A stretch of 64,000 nt of DNA. Source: Thermoplasmatota archaeon. Lineage in GTDB: Archaea; Thermoplasmatota; Penumbrarchaeia; JANQNL01. The stretch is taken from NCBI GenBank assembly GCA_028279585.1, contig JANQNL010000039.1, positions 4,132-68,131 on the forward strand, given 5' to 3'. Numbering within the stretch: the stretch's first letter is position 1; every line of letters starts with the position of its first letter. The position numbers were made by a program, and so were the translations under genes. The notes beneath the pieces were generated by a model. The model had not been told where the DNA came from. It ran no database searches and worked only from the letters and a program-made list of their open reading frames with translations. Below are positions 1 to 8,718 of the stretch, piece by piece.

Positions 1-1
1 C

Positions 2-586
2 TCTAGCTTCGTCCAGCCCTTGTTCAACAGCTCCAGTGCGTCGTGGATGGACAGGAACTCGAACGGAGCCTGGGATGGCAGCGAGGTCCGTGGGCCGTTC
101 ACCATCTGTGCCTTCGAGCGCATCGGTGAGGGGGAGCTCATCGTCCTTGCAGACCCGTCGCTGCTCATCAACTCCATGACCGACAAGCTCGACAACCAGG
201 AGTTCAGGGACAACCTCCTGGAGTATCTAACCCGGGGTGGGAAGAACGTCTTCATTGACGAAAGCCACAGAGGAGGGAGCTCGCCATTGAGCTTGACCTC
301 GACCATATCGAACCTACCCACAATGGCCAAGTTCGTGATACTGGCCCTGTTCACACTTACGTTCTCGTTCGCTATCATGGACGTTCGAGCTCTGGCAAAG
401 ACCATGCGTCTGGATAAGTTGTATGCATGGGTCCAGGACCAGGTCGGTGGTCTTGTCAGAAGGCTTTCTCGGAAGCAGGTCTCGCCGGAAGCTCCGGACC
501 GGGATGAGGTCTTGAGCGCTGTGATCGGTAGGCACCCGGACTGGGACGAGCGGGTGCTCCGTCAGCTTCTGGATAATATCATTTGA
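2..586 (+). CDS. DUF4350-like protein, C-terminal part (5' end upstream of window)
   Basis: The frame is open from the window edge. The block 'LIVLADPSLLINSMTDKLDNQEFRDNLLEYL..NVFIDESH' plus a following hydrophobic helix parallels 'VVCVSDPGIFANALYDSYDNREFANDLFSIL..VVFDESKH' plus helix in the ORF at 58330-59916. It lies directly upstream of a MoxR ATPase. Family name recalled from memory. Confidence 0.6.
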   Translation, partial: SSFVQPLFNSSSASWMDRNSNGAWDGSEVRGPFTICAFERIGEGELIVLADPSLLINSMTDKLDNQEFRDNLLEYLTRGGKNVFIDESHRGGSSPLSLTSTISNLPTMAKFVILALFTLTFSFAIMDVRALAKTMRLDKLYAWVQDQVGGLVRRLSRKQVSPEAPDRDEVLSAVIGRHPDWDERVLRQLLDNII

Positions 587-587
587 T

Positions 588-717
588 CTCCGATGAGGCC
601 CGCGTTTCCTCCTGTTGTCTGCGAGCGAGCAGGCCGGAAGGGGAGTGGTGGAGGCCAGCGGAGCGAGCTTTGGGTGGGGTCTTGGATGGTGGGTGGGGCC
701 ACTGGGCCTCATCGGAG
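588..717. repeat. Intergenic element: perfect 14-bp inverted repeat (CTCCGATGAGGCCC 588-601 / GGGCCTCATCGGAG 704-717) around a 102-nt G-rich core
   Basis: Read directly from the sequence. The core contains the G-tracts GGGTGGGG(N11)GGGTGGGG (672-698). It starts 2 nt after the upstream stop codon (584-586) and ends 10 nt before a TATA-like box. Confidence 0.7.
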
Positions 718-727
718 TCCGGGGCTC

Positions 728-735
728 TTTAAATA
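728..735 (+). promoter_or_regulatory. TATA-like box (TTTAAATA) for the MoxR gene
   Basis: AT-rich octamer 27-34 nt upstream of the ATG at 762. This spacing fits an archaeal leaderless or short-leader promoter. Confidence 0.4.
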
Positions 736-761
736 GAATAAGTCCTTTTCAGACCGAGCCC

Positions 762-1727
762 ATGTGTCCTGACACTGCAAACATCGACTTCGCAGACGTG
801 AAGAAGTACAGTGACACCGTCCTAAAGGAGGTGTCCAAGGTCATCGTGGGTTACGAGGACATCATGAGGGACTTCCTCATCTGCCTCTCATCCGGTGGCC
901 ACATCCTTTTAGAAGGTGTCCCAGGAATAGCAAAGACCACCCTGGCCAAGACCTTCACCACAGTCTCTTCACTGGAGTACAACAGGGTCCAGTTCACACA
1001 GGACCTGCTCCCATCCGATGTCACAGGACACTACTACTTCAACCAGAAGGAAGGGCAGTTCGATCTCCGAAAGGGCCCTATCTTTTCCAACCTCATCCTG
1101 GCAGATGAGATAAACAGGGCGCCGCCAAAGACGCAGTCCGCGCTTCTGGAGTCCATGGAAGAGGTACAGGTGACCATTGAGGGTAACACCTTCAAACTGC
1201 CCAGGCATTTCATGGTCATAGCTACCATCAACCCCATCGAGGCCGAGGGAGTGTATCCACTTCCAGAGGCACAGCTGGACAGGTTCATGTTCAAGACCAA
1301 GATGGGATACCTTCCAGAGGACAAGGAGCTGAAGATGCTCAAGCGGAAGGTGCGTCAGGAGGCCGTTCCCCCAGAGCCGCACGCCATGGGCCTGACGATG
1401 ATAGATGCCATGAAGGACCTGTTCCCGAAGGTCAAGGTGGACGACAGGATAATCCAGTATGTCCGAGACATCATCATCACAACACGCGGACATGACGACA
1501 TCGTCCTTGGTGCCTCACCTCGAGCCGGGGAACAGATGATCTATGCGGCCCAGGGTTCCGCGCTCATCCAGGGTAGGAACTTCGTTCTGCCTGATGATGT
1601 GAAGAGGGTTGCATACAAGGTACTGAACCACAGGCTGATGCTCTCTGTGGAAGCTGAGATGGATGGAAAAGAGGTTGAGGGCATCATCACTGACGTGTTG
1701 GGATCTGTGAAGGTCCCAAAAAGCTGA
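762..1727 (+). CDS. MoxR-family AAA+ ATPase
   Basis: Walker A 'LLEGVPGIAKTTLAK', Walker B 'LILADEINRAPPKTQSALLESMEE' and 'ATINPIEAEGVYPLPEAQLDRF' are the classic MoxR/AAA_3 blocks. Start moved to the ATG at 762. The 615-761 extension of the ORF track covers the G-rich element and the TATA box. Confidence 0.9.
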   Translation: MCPDTANIDFADVKKYSDTVLKEVSKVIVGYEDIMRDFLICLSSGGHILLEGVPGIAKTTLAKTFTTVSSLEYNRVQFTQDLLPSDVTGHYYFNQKEGQFDLRKGPIFSNLILADEINRAPPKTQSALLESMEEVQVTIEGNTFKLPRHFMVIATINPIEAEGVYPLPEAQLDRFMFKTKMGYLPEDKELKMLKRKVRQEAVPPEPHAMGLTMIDAMKDLFPKVKVDDRIIQYVRDIIITTRGHDDIVLGASPRAGEQMIYAAQGSALIQGRNFVLPDDVKRVAYKVLNHRLMLSVEAEMDGKEVEGIITDVLGSVKVPKS

Positions 1728-1728
1728 A

Positions 1729-3111
1729 TCACCTTTTCGGGATGTATAGGCAGAAGGTAGCCCCCAGGCCTTCGCCGTCGGAACTAGCATCGACTGCACC
1801 GCCGAGCCTGCGCATGACGTGTCTGGCCATGGGGAGACCGAGGCCTATGTGGCCATCCTCCCGGATATTGGAGCAGTCCTCGATGTAGAAGGGTTGGAAG
1901 ACCTCTTCGAGGAGCTTCTTCTCAAGACCTTTACCATCATCTATTACCTCAAGGAGGATCCACTCTCCGTCGTGGGGAGCCATAGCATCCTGGTTCATTT
2001 CCATGGGCCTATTGCGAGCAAGCTCCCACATCCTGTGGATATGCTCCTGTTTGGATGTGTCGTTCAGTATTGAGGCTCTGATGATAACTCGACCACCTTG
2101 CTTCCCATATCGTAGAGCATTGTCCAGGATGGGGGTGATGGACTCTCCGAGCTTCAGCTGGTGGGAATGGGCCATCATGTCCTCGGGGATCTCGACCGAT
2201 ATCTCGATCTCCTTCATGGCTCTGAGTTGTTCTAGTCTGACGATAACCCGCTGGACGATCGGAAGAAGGTTGACATCGGTCCGTTCCACGGGACCGTCCT
2301 CGATGATCTCGATCATTCGGTTGACCACTGAGGCCATCCTGTCTGTTGCCTTGGAGAGCCTGGTCAGTGATTTAGTCTGCTTATCTGTGACGTCTCCGAA
2401 CTGTCCGGAGTTCAACATAGCCACATCACATTCGAGAATGGACAGAGGGGTCCGTAGTTCATGGGAGACCACGTTGATGAACTCGGATTTCATCTTGTCC
2501 AACTGCATCAGTTTCTCGTTGGTCTCACGGAGCTTCTCGATGGTGTCGTCGAGCCGTTTCGTGCGCTCCTTGACCATCTGTTCCAGCTGGAGGTTGATGT
2601 GCTCGAGGTCCTGCTTGTGCATCTCACTTTCGCGCTTCAGGTTCCAGGTATAGACCATGTTCAGGGCCCTCTGGCTTATCTCCATCCGGTTGAAGGGTTT
2701 GTTCATGTAGTTCCATTCATCCTTCTTGTCAGATGGGAACAGCGCAGAGATCTCCTCGAGGGTTCTATCCTGGTAGGCAGTTACGATAGTGCAGAGCATG
2801 TTCGGGTCCAGCTGCCTTATCTGCTTGATCGTCTCGATACCATCGATCCCTCCGGGCATTGTGATGTCGAAGAATCCTCCGCAGAAGGGCCTTGCTTCGA
2901 TGAGGGCGTCAGAGACCAGCTCCACCGCTTCCTCACCAGAATTTGCAAAGACTATCTCGAATAGTGGGATGGGTGAGTCCTCTTCCTCTTCCTCGTCGAT
3001 CCTGAACGTTGTGGCCCTGATACCTTTGCGGATACCGAGCATTGTCCGGTATGTGTCCAGAACGCCTACATCATCGTCAACGACGAGCAATCGAGAGTTC
3101 TCAGGTTCCAT
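1729..3111 (-). CDS. Hybrid response-regulator receiver / histidine kinase
   Basis: N-terminal REC domain ('LLVVDDDVGVLDTY..', 'DITMPGGIDGIETIKQIR'), a coiled coil, HisKA H-box 'FINVVSHELRTPL', and HATPase_c 'DDGKGL..GLGLPMARHVMRRLGG'. The ATG at 3111 is preceded by GAGG; the track start at 3123 is a GTG. Confidence 0.85.
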   Translation of the reverse strand: MEPENSRLLVVDDDVGVLDTYRTMLGIRKGIRATTFRIDEEEEEDSPIPLFEIVFANSGEEAVELVSDALIEARPFCGGFFDITMPGGIDGIETIKQIRQLDPNMLCTIVTAYQDRTLEEISALFPSDKKDEWNYMNKPFNRMEISQRALNMVYTWNLKRESEMHKQDLEHINLQLEQMVKERTKRLDDTIEKLRETNEKLMQLDKMKSEFINVVSHELRTPLSILECDVAMLNSGQFGDVTDKQTKSLTRLSKATDRMASVVNRMIEIIEDGPVERTDVNLLPIVQRVIVRLEQLRAMKEIEISVEIPEDMMAHSHQLKLGESITPILDNALRYGKQGGRVIIRASILNDTSKQEHIHRMWELARNRPMEMNQDAMAPHDGEWILLEVIDDGKGLEKKLLEEVFQPFYIEDCSNIREDGHIGLGLPMARHVMRRLGGAVDASSDGEGLGATFCLYIPKR

Positions 3112-3171
3112 ATCACGCCTCACTGGACTAGGTGATCGACCTCACCTCGGTCCTATCACTGGTCTAGAAGG

Positions 3172-4098
3172 ATGGTGGAATATATCAAATTACCCCTGGG
3201 GGTAGGTATATTGCACAAGAAGGTCATCTGGACCAACATGGACCCATTGCAGCTGGTGATCCTGGCAGTGGTGTTGTTCGCACTGTCGTTCGTGGTGTCC
3301 AATCTCGGCATTGGTGGCGGGACCATCTACGTTCCGCTTCTGATGATCATCACCGGCTATGAAATGAAACAGGTGGTCCCTTTCTCATTGCTTTTCGGTA
3401 TGTCCACCAACATCATGGCTGCTGTGAACCACTACCGTGAAGGGCTTGTGTTGCTGCCTGCTGTAGGTGCTGTCCTTCTTTCCGCTGTGTTCGGGTCTGT
3501 GATAGGTGCCAGGTTCACGCTTACTGCCGCCCAGGTCATTGTCCAGTTCATCTTCGTAGCCGTTATCGTGCTGGTCATCATCAAGATGGCTGACAAGACC
3601 TTGACAAAACAGTTCATTAAAAGGAAGAAGAAGGGTGGGGAGGAGAGGGATGGCATCACTCCGTTCGATATCAAAAAGTGCTGGCCGTTCCTGCTTATCG
3701 TTGTGATCGTTTCATTTGGCACAGGATTCCTCTCCGGTAGTCTTGGTATCGGTGGGGGAGTTGTTACAGTGCCGCTTCTTGTGATGGTGCTTGGGCTGGA
3801 CACGCGCAAGGCCATAGGGACCTCTGCCACAGTGATACCGTTCCTTGCTGCAATTGGCGCTTCCGTTTACTTCCTTGGTGATATCACGTCCCCGCTTGGT
3901 ATGGACCTACCGTTCGTGGCCGAGGTGGAGCTCGACTACTGGCTATTGCTGATGCTGCCTGTTGTGTTGATAGGTGGGTTCGTCGGGTCGAAGGTCGGAT
4001 TGAAGTTCATCAAGACGTTCTACATCGAGCTCACGTTCGTTGTGCTGATGTTCATTGTGATGTCGAGCATGCTTGTGAAGACGTTGCAGTTGTTGTGA
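3172..4098 (+). CDS. TauE/SafE (TSUP) family anion exporter membrane protein
   Basis: Two-fold repeated polytopic protein with the 'GIGGGTIYVPLLM' and 'GIGGGVVTVPLLV' motifs typical of TSUP/TauE. The start may instead be the ATG at 3238 (MDPLQL..). Confidence 0.75.
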   Translation: MVEYIKLPLGVGILHKKVIWTNMDPLQLVILAVVLFALSFVVSNLGIGGGTIYVPLLMIITGYEMKQVVPFSLLFGMSTNIMAAVNHYREGLVLLPAVGAVLLSAVFGSVIGARFTLTAAQVIVQFIFVAVIVLVIIKMADKTLTKQFIKRKKKGGEERDGITPFDIKKCWPFLLIVVIVSFGTGFLSGSLGIGGGVVTVPLLVMVLGLDTRKAIGTSATVIPFLAAIGASVYFLGDITSPLGMDLPFVAEVELDYWLLLMLPVVLIGGFVGSKVGLKFIKTFYIELTFVVLMFIVMSSMLVKTLQLL

Positions 4099-4315
4099 GA
4101 TCATATATCGATCCGTCTCTCAATCTCATTCCAATTATCATCTCAATCAAAATTTCATACAAATAGAATTAAATAATTCATACTGGTTTTCATATATAGG
4201 AAGATTGGATATCCGTACTAATTATCGATATTTAGAAAACAATACGTAGTAGCAGGTTATTGTGCAAGAATGCGAGGGCGTAGAATACATCCAAATGAAT
4301 TGGTTAAGGTGGATT

Positions 4316-5101
4316 ATGACATTTCCAGAGCATGAAAGAATCATTTATGCAAAAAATCCTTTAGATAGAGTTATTTGCCAGTTGAAGTTTCCTACGATTC
4401 TTAAAATTGAAACTGATACTCCTTCTGAATTCCAAGATCTCGTTCGGAAAGAATTTCCGGGATATGAACCCAAACATGATCACCAAATCAAAGTCCACGG
4501 AATCATCAATGAAATTAATTCTGAGACCTCTGAAGTTCTTGAAAAGTCAACAAGTAAACGGCATATGTTCACATCACTTGATAAAAATTGGCAAATAAGT
4601 TTGGCTAAGAATTTTGTAGCCTTGACTTGCTTCAATTATGAACGCTGGGAGGTTTTTAAGGAAAGACTAGACTTTGTCACAGAAAAGGTAATTCAAATCT
4701 ATGAGCCAGCAATCTACACTCGGGTGGGTCTGAGATATATCGATGTTTTTAATAGAAGCAATATTGGGCTGGAGAAATATGAATGGAATGATCTATTAGA
4801 ACCGTATGTTTTAGGATTGCTTTCTGAGCCCAAATTGGGATCAACAATCTCTGCATGCGGTTCTGCTTATGAAATGCCCCTCGATAATGGATATGGTAGC
4901 GTTCGAATAGCTACCTCGTTTGTAAATCATCTTGAAACTAGCGAAATATGTTACATGGTTGATAGTGATTTCTGGATGGAAAATCTCCAATTAGAAAGGA
5001 TAGATGAACAATTAGAATATTTCCACATAGAGGCCTCAAGATTGATACAATGGATGATCAAGGATAAATTACATCGAGCTATGGAGCCAGAATCACTATG
5101 A
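4316..5101 (+). CDS. TIGR04255-like protein of unknown function
   Basis: N-terminus 'ERIIYAKNPLDRVICQLKFPTILKIE' resembles the signature I recall for the sporadically distributed TIGR04255 family (memory, not a search). The ATG at 4316 is preceded by AAGGTGGA. AT-rich. Confidence 0.45.
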   Translation: MTFPEHERIIYAKNPLDRVICQLKFPTILKIETDTPSEFQDLVRKEFPGYEPKHDHQIKVHGIINEINSETSEVLEKSTSKRHMFTSLDKNWQISLAKNFVALTCFNYERWEVFKERLDFVTEKVIQIYEPAIYTRVGLRYIDVFNRSNIGLEKYEWNDLLEPYVLGLLSEPKLGSTISACGSAYEMPLDNGYGSVRIATSFVNHLETSEICYMVDSDFWMENLQLERIDEQLEYFHIEASRLIQWMIKDKLHRAMEPESL

Positions 5102-5640
5102 CATATCAATGCACGAACAGCAATGGATATGATGTCTTCTCTGGAAAGCCGAGGAGAAGAAAGTACAAACAATCTATCAATAATAGTGAGTATGATCTTT
5201 CGCCTCTATGTGATGCTGATGTCACAGATTCTGAGCGGAATCAAAAGTATCTATTCCACATTCCTTCAAGTATCAACATTTTATCAAATTCAATGGAGAT
5301 TATTAACAAGATTACTGATGAAACTCAGAAACAGAAAATCATTGCGATTGTATCTACATTTGAGGAAATCGTTGTTTCATTAAAGTCAAAACTTGAGGAA
5401 ATGAATTTAAGTTTACCTCCTTTATATTTCAGCCTGAATGAAGAGGATAACTCAATTCTAATCGAATGGATTTTTTACAATTTCCGAATCGGGATCTCGG
5501 TAGAAAAAGATACAACAAAATCGTTTTGGTATCTTGTATCAAGAGAGGTTGTTGATAAAAACTTGTCGGGTGATTTGAAAGAATATAATCTCTTTGATCT
5601 AATCCTAAGTCTCTTCCAATATGTTCTTAATAATATGTGA
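5098..5640 (+). CDS. Hypothetical protein (180 aa), coupled to the upstream gene
   Basis: The ATG overlaps the upstream TGA (ATGA at 5098-5101). No motif recognised. Confidence 0.5.
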   Translation: MTYQCTNSNGYDVFSGKPRRRKYKQSINNSEYDLSPLCDADVTDSERNQKYLFHIPSSINILSNSMEIINKITDETQKQKIIAIVSTFEEIVVSLKSKLEEMNLSLPPLYFSLNEEDNSILIEWIFYNFRIGISVEKDTTKSFWYLVSREVVDKNLSGDLKEYNLFDLILSLFQYVLNNM

Positions 5641-5644
5641 TAAA

Positions 5645-6076
5645 ATGAGTGAATATCCCAAGGAGTTCATACGCGGCATTACAAGTCCCAATCATGTTGT
5701 TGCTCCGACATTAATAACCGCAGATGTATTCACTTTTCAACAGAATCATAAAAGGGAAGATGGTATCATTGAAGAATCAATTAATTGGAATGATGATGGT
5801 GATGCTATAGATTTTACCTTACAACAAAAGCGAGAAGACGAAAATTATCAATTCAGAGGTGGGGTTGCTGTTGTTCCAAAGGAAGATGTTGATCGATTAA
5901 TGCGAAAACCTATCACAGAAGATTGCCTCAATTATGAGCGGTTACCATTAAAGACGAACAAGTACCATGGAAATCTTTTATTGGATGATAAGATAAGTAA
6001 AAAAAGTAAACAATTACTCGTGACATCGCTCGTTGTTGCCGTTGAAAGAATTATACCTAATAGATACTGTGAATGA
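5645..6076 (+). CDS. Hypothetical protein (143 aa)
   Basis: ATG 4 nt after the previous stop; an alternative overlapping ATG lies at 5621. No motif recognised. Confidence 0.45.
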   Translation: MSEYPKEFIRGITSPNHVVAPTLITADVFTFQQNHKREDGIIEESINWNDDGDAIDFTLQQKREDENYQFRGGVAVVPKEDVDRLMRKPITEDCLNYERLPLKTNKYHGNLLLDDKISKKSKQLLVTSLVVAVERIIPNRYCE

Positions 6077-6285
6077 AAATTTAGGAATTGATCCCCCGTT
6101 TTCCGGTTCCTTACAATATTACTTGACGGCAGACCACCCCTCTGCCTACAACTCTTTACATCCACCACCAATTCCCACCCCTGGGAAGTTACATTTGTAC
6201 ACCATCGTTCCCACTTCCCCTCACCTTTCTATTGCGCAATCAAAGGTTAGAATGCAACGGGGGGATCGATCATTGTATTCATCAA

Positions 6286-8193
6286 TTAATCTAATTTGAA
6301 TAATTCATTTACTTTATTGAAGATTTCTTGAAACCTCTCTAATGTATTATCTTGAAAATAATCCGCATTGACGGCATCTTTTGTAAGTTGGTATGCTGGC
6401 CTATAATGGTTATAGCGATCAATCGATAGAGCTTCATTAATCTGATCAACGATGCGTTTTTTGTTATCATTCAAATCAGATAAGGAAATTGGCTTATACT
6501 CAAACGATGTGTTGAAGAATTTTATATAATCCTGTTTATCAAATATATCTTCAATGTCAGCTTCATCAGATCCTTCAAGAAAATCATGGAAGAATAGCAC
6601 TCTATTCTCTTGAATAATCTTTTGAGTAATCAGGCCTTCGAATTGAGACTTGCCCTTCCTGTCCTTTGGTGTATCAAGAAGACAAACAATGTTCAATTTA
6701 CTTCCTCTTAATAAGGAAATAAAGGTGGAAACCTTATCCAACCCACCTACTGGAATTATGGTAATTTCATTACTCAATCCCGTGCCTTCATTTGAAGCAA
6801 GAAGATTAGACATTAGTGTAAGATATAAGAGATCTGCAGGGCCTTCGACGAGTAAGTTGTTTTTTGAGATGAAGAGGTTTTGTGCTATATCATAACCAAG
6901 AGCCGCTTGTAATGGAAATAATGTCTTTGGATCCTTCTCCTGGAGCGTTTCCGAAACCTTTGTTCCCTTTTTTGTTTCAACAAGTGTTCTTACACGATGC
7001 AAATTATTAGAATCTATCATGAAGGGGGAGTGAGTTGTAAATAGAATTTGGTGATCCTTTGATAGATCCTCAATGAATGCTAATAAATCTGCTTGAGCTG
7101 ATGCATGGAGATTAATTCCTGGTTCATCCAATAAAAGGATGTAATCATACTTCTTATCTTCCTGTATCTTGCTGAACCATACAATAAATGAAAAGAACCA
7201 ATTAAAGCCCTTGCTCCTATTTTTTAATGGCAAAGTGATCTCATGGGTTGTGTTCTCAACTCTGATATGAAGTATTGGAATGACTTCTTCAGATATTTTC
7301 CGATTCTCAATGATAAACCTGATTCGCTGGTTTGTATTTGTTTTCCAATATTTGAAGACGGTCTTTGAAATCTCAATGGATGTTGCTTCTAATTCTGCTA
7401 TATATTCTTCAAAATTATCAGATTTCATTAGCTCAGTGATATCAATTTTTGCTAACTCAATTAACGCTTTAACCGTCTTTTGAGATTCTTCGTTCAGTTT
7501 CTTTTCCTCAAGGCCATTTAAATCGATTTCCGATGGGAGAGAATAATACTCACTGTAATAGAGATATTTTGGGACGTTAGGAAAAATAAATTCCTCTATT
7601 AGATACTGATCAAATGTGTCTTCTTCACTAGAACCAAATTCATAAAATGGCCGAATGGTTTTCAACAATTCTTTATGTTCATCATCTTCCGAAGCTTCAA
7701 TAATATTATCAATATCACCAACTGTTATAGCATCAACCAATGAATCCTCATATTGTTGAAGGAACTTCTTACTTCTTGAAAACATTCGACGAATAATCTG
7801 GTTCTTATCAATATCAAAGCCTGTCACTTCATAATCGTTTTCATAGTCAGTGGTAATTTCAATATAATCACCGTTGAATGGATTTATGGTGAATGTCTCA
7901 CTAACACTCTTGATAAAATCCTTACTTAGTTGATACGTACATGTAATTACAGGTTCAACTTCTTCAGATCGATCATATGCTTTTTTAAACTTCCGTGGAT
8001 AATCAAAAGTGTCATTGAATTGGAATTTCTCATCATCTTCAAAATAATTTGATTTGGCAATTGCTTCCAATAGAGCTGTTTTGCCTGATTCATTCATACC
8101 AACAAATACGGTTACTAGATCGTCGATATCGAAGGCTTGTTCATTCTCAATCGATTTGTATCTATGAATAACTACCTTTGTCAATTTCATCAT
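6286..8193 (-). CDS. OLD-family / PARIS-like fused ABC-type ATPase + TOPRIM nuclease
   Basis: Walker A 'VFVGMNESGKTALLEAI', Walker B / D-loop 'ILLLDEPGINLHASAQADL', and 'LFTTHSPFMID'. The C-terminal TOPRIM/DUF4435-type motifs are 'NLLVEGPADLLYL', 'IIPVGGLDKV' and 'VCLLDTP'. ATG at 8193 with GGTGAT 4 nt upstream; the track start at 8235 is a TTG. Confidence 0.75.
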   Translation of the reverse strand: MMKLTKVVIHRYKSIENEQAFDIDDLVTVFVGMNESGKTALLEAIAKSNYFEDDEKFQFNDTFDYPRKFKKAYDRSEEVEPVITCTYQLSKDFIKSVSETFTINPFNGDYIEITTDYENDYEVTGFDIDKNQIIRRMFSRSKKFLQQYEDSLVDAITVGDIDNIIEASEDDEHKELLKTIRPFYEFGSSEEDTFDQYLIEEFIFPNVPKYLYYSEYYSLPSEIDLNGLEEKKLNEESQKTVKALIELAKIDITELMKSDNFEEYIAELEATSIEISKTVFKYWKTNTNQRIRFIIENRKISEEVIPILHIRVENTTHEITLPLKNRSKGFNWFFSFIVWFSKIQEDKKYDYILLLDEPGINLHASAQADLLAFIEDLSKDHQILFTTHSPFMIDSNNLHRVRTLVETKKGTKVSETLQEKDPKTLFPLQAALGYDIAQNLFISKNNLLVEGPADLLYLTLMSNLLASNEGTGLSNEITIIPVGGLDKVSTFISLLRGSKLNIVCLLDTPKDRKGKSQFEGLITQKIIQENRVLFFHDFLEGSDEADIEDIFDKQDYIKFFNTSFEYKPISLSDLNDNKKRIVDQINEALSIDRYNHYRPAYQLTKDAVNADYFQDNTLERFQEIFNKVNELFKLD

Positions 8194-8244
8194 AATATCA
8201 CCATCTTTTGTGAGTATATGGTTCTGATTATTCAACTTTCAACT

Positions 8245-8718
8245 TCATGAAACGCTAATTTCAATTTCATTCGAATGAACAGTTCCCTTCCAAGTATCAT
8301 ATCCATGGGATGGGGAGTATGTAAATGTGAATTTATAGATGCCAATGTCGAAATTATAGTATAGTTCAAAATCGATAATAACTTCCGTGTATTCATTTTG
8401 CTTCAATTCTATTAGGTCATCTTCAGTAACATAATAGTCGTGGAAATAATCATGAGGGATTTCCGTTCCATTATCATCAATAACAACGATCAATAGGTTT
8501 GAATAAGGCAAAATTGGTTCTACCGTAATCGATTCTCTACCGCGATTTGTTAGGCGTATTGTTATATTGAGATGATTATCTGTATGATCATAAATCGCAT
8601 TAGTATCAATACTTATCTCTAGCCCATCATCATTTTCAATACATCCTGAAAATAACGTTAATAATACTACAGTACACAGAGTGACAACGATTGCTTGTAT
8701 TTTTTGATTCACATACAT
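8245..8718 (-). CDS. Small secreted lipoprotein-like protein (157 aa)
   Basis: Signal peptide with lipobox-like 'LLTLFSGC', followed by a strand-rich sequence. The start overlaps the last 10 nt of the giant gene. Confidence 0.55.
   Translation of the reverse strand: MYVNQKIQAIVVTLCTVVLLTLFSGCIENDDGLEISIDTNAIYDHTDNHLNITIRLTNRGRESITVEPILPYSNLLIVVIDDNGTEIPHDYFHDYYVTEDDLIELKQNEYTEVIIDFELYYNFDIGIYKFTFTYSPSHGYDTWKGTVHSNEIEISVS

Noticed and set aside
615-761. N-terminal extension of the MoxR ORF (TTG start at 615, 'MSASEQAGRGVVEASGASFGWGLGWW..').
   Set aside because: The extension runs through the inverted-repeat-bounded G-rich element and a TATA-like box. MoxR homology begins right after the ATG at 762. 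I cannot fully exclude that it is translated, because the Elp3 copy of the same sequence is.
6255-6265. Recurrence of the 11-mer CAACGGGGGGA (6255 and 27824), and of CGTTT(T)CC next to C-runs at 601, 6097 and 44806.
   Set aside because: Hundreds of repeated 11-mers are expected by chance in 64 kb. The C-run + T-run strings sit right after stop codons and are more simply explained as oligo-T terminator signals.
6033-6299. ORFs 6033-6299 (+, 88 aa, Pro-rich) and 5932-6171 (-, 79 aa) in the islet spacer.
   Set aside because: They show no RBS or promoter, have skewed low-complexity composition that follows the C-rich strand bias, and overlap the better-supported 5645-6076 gene.
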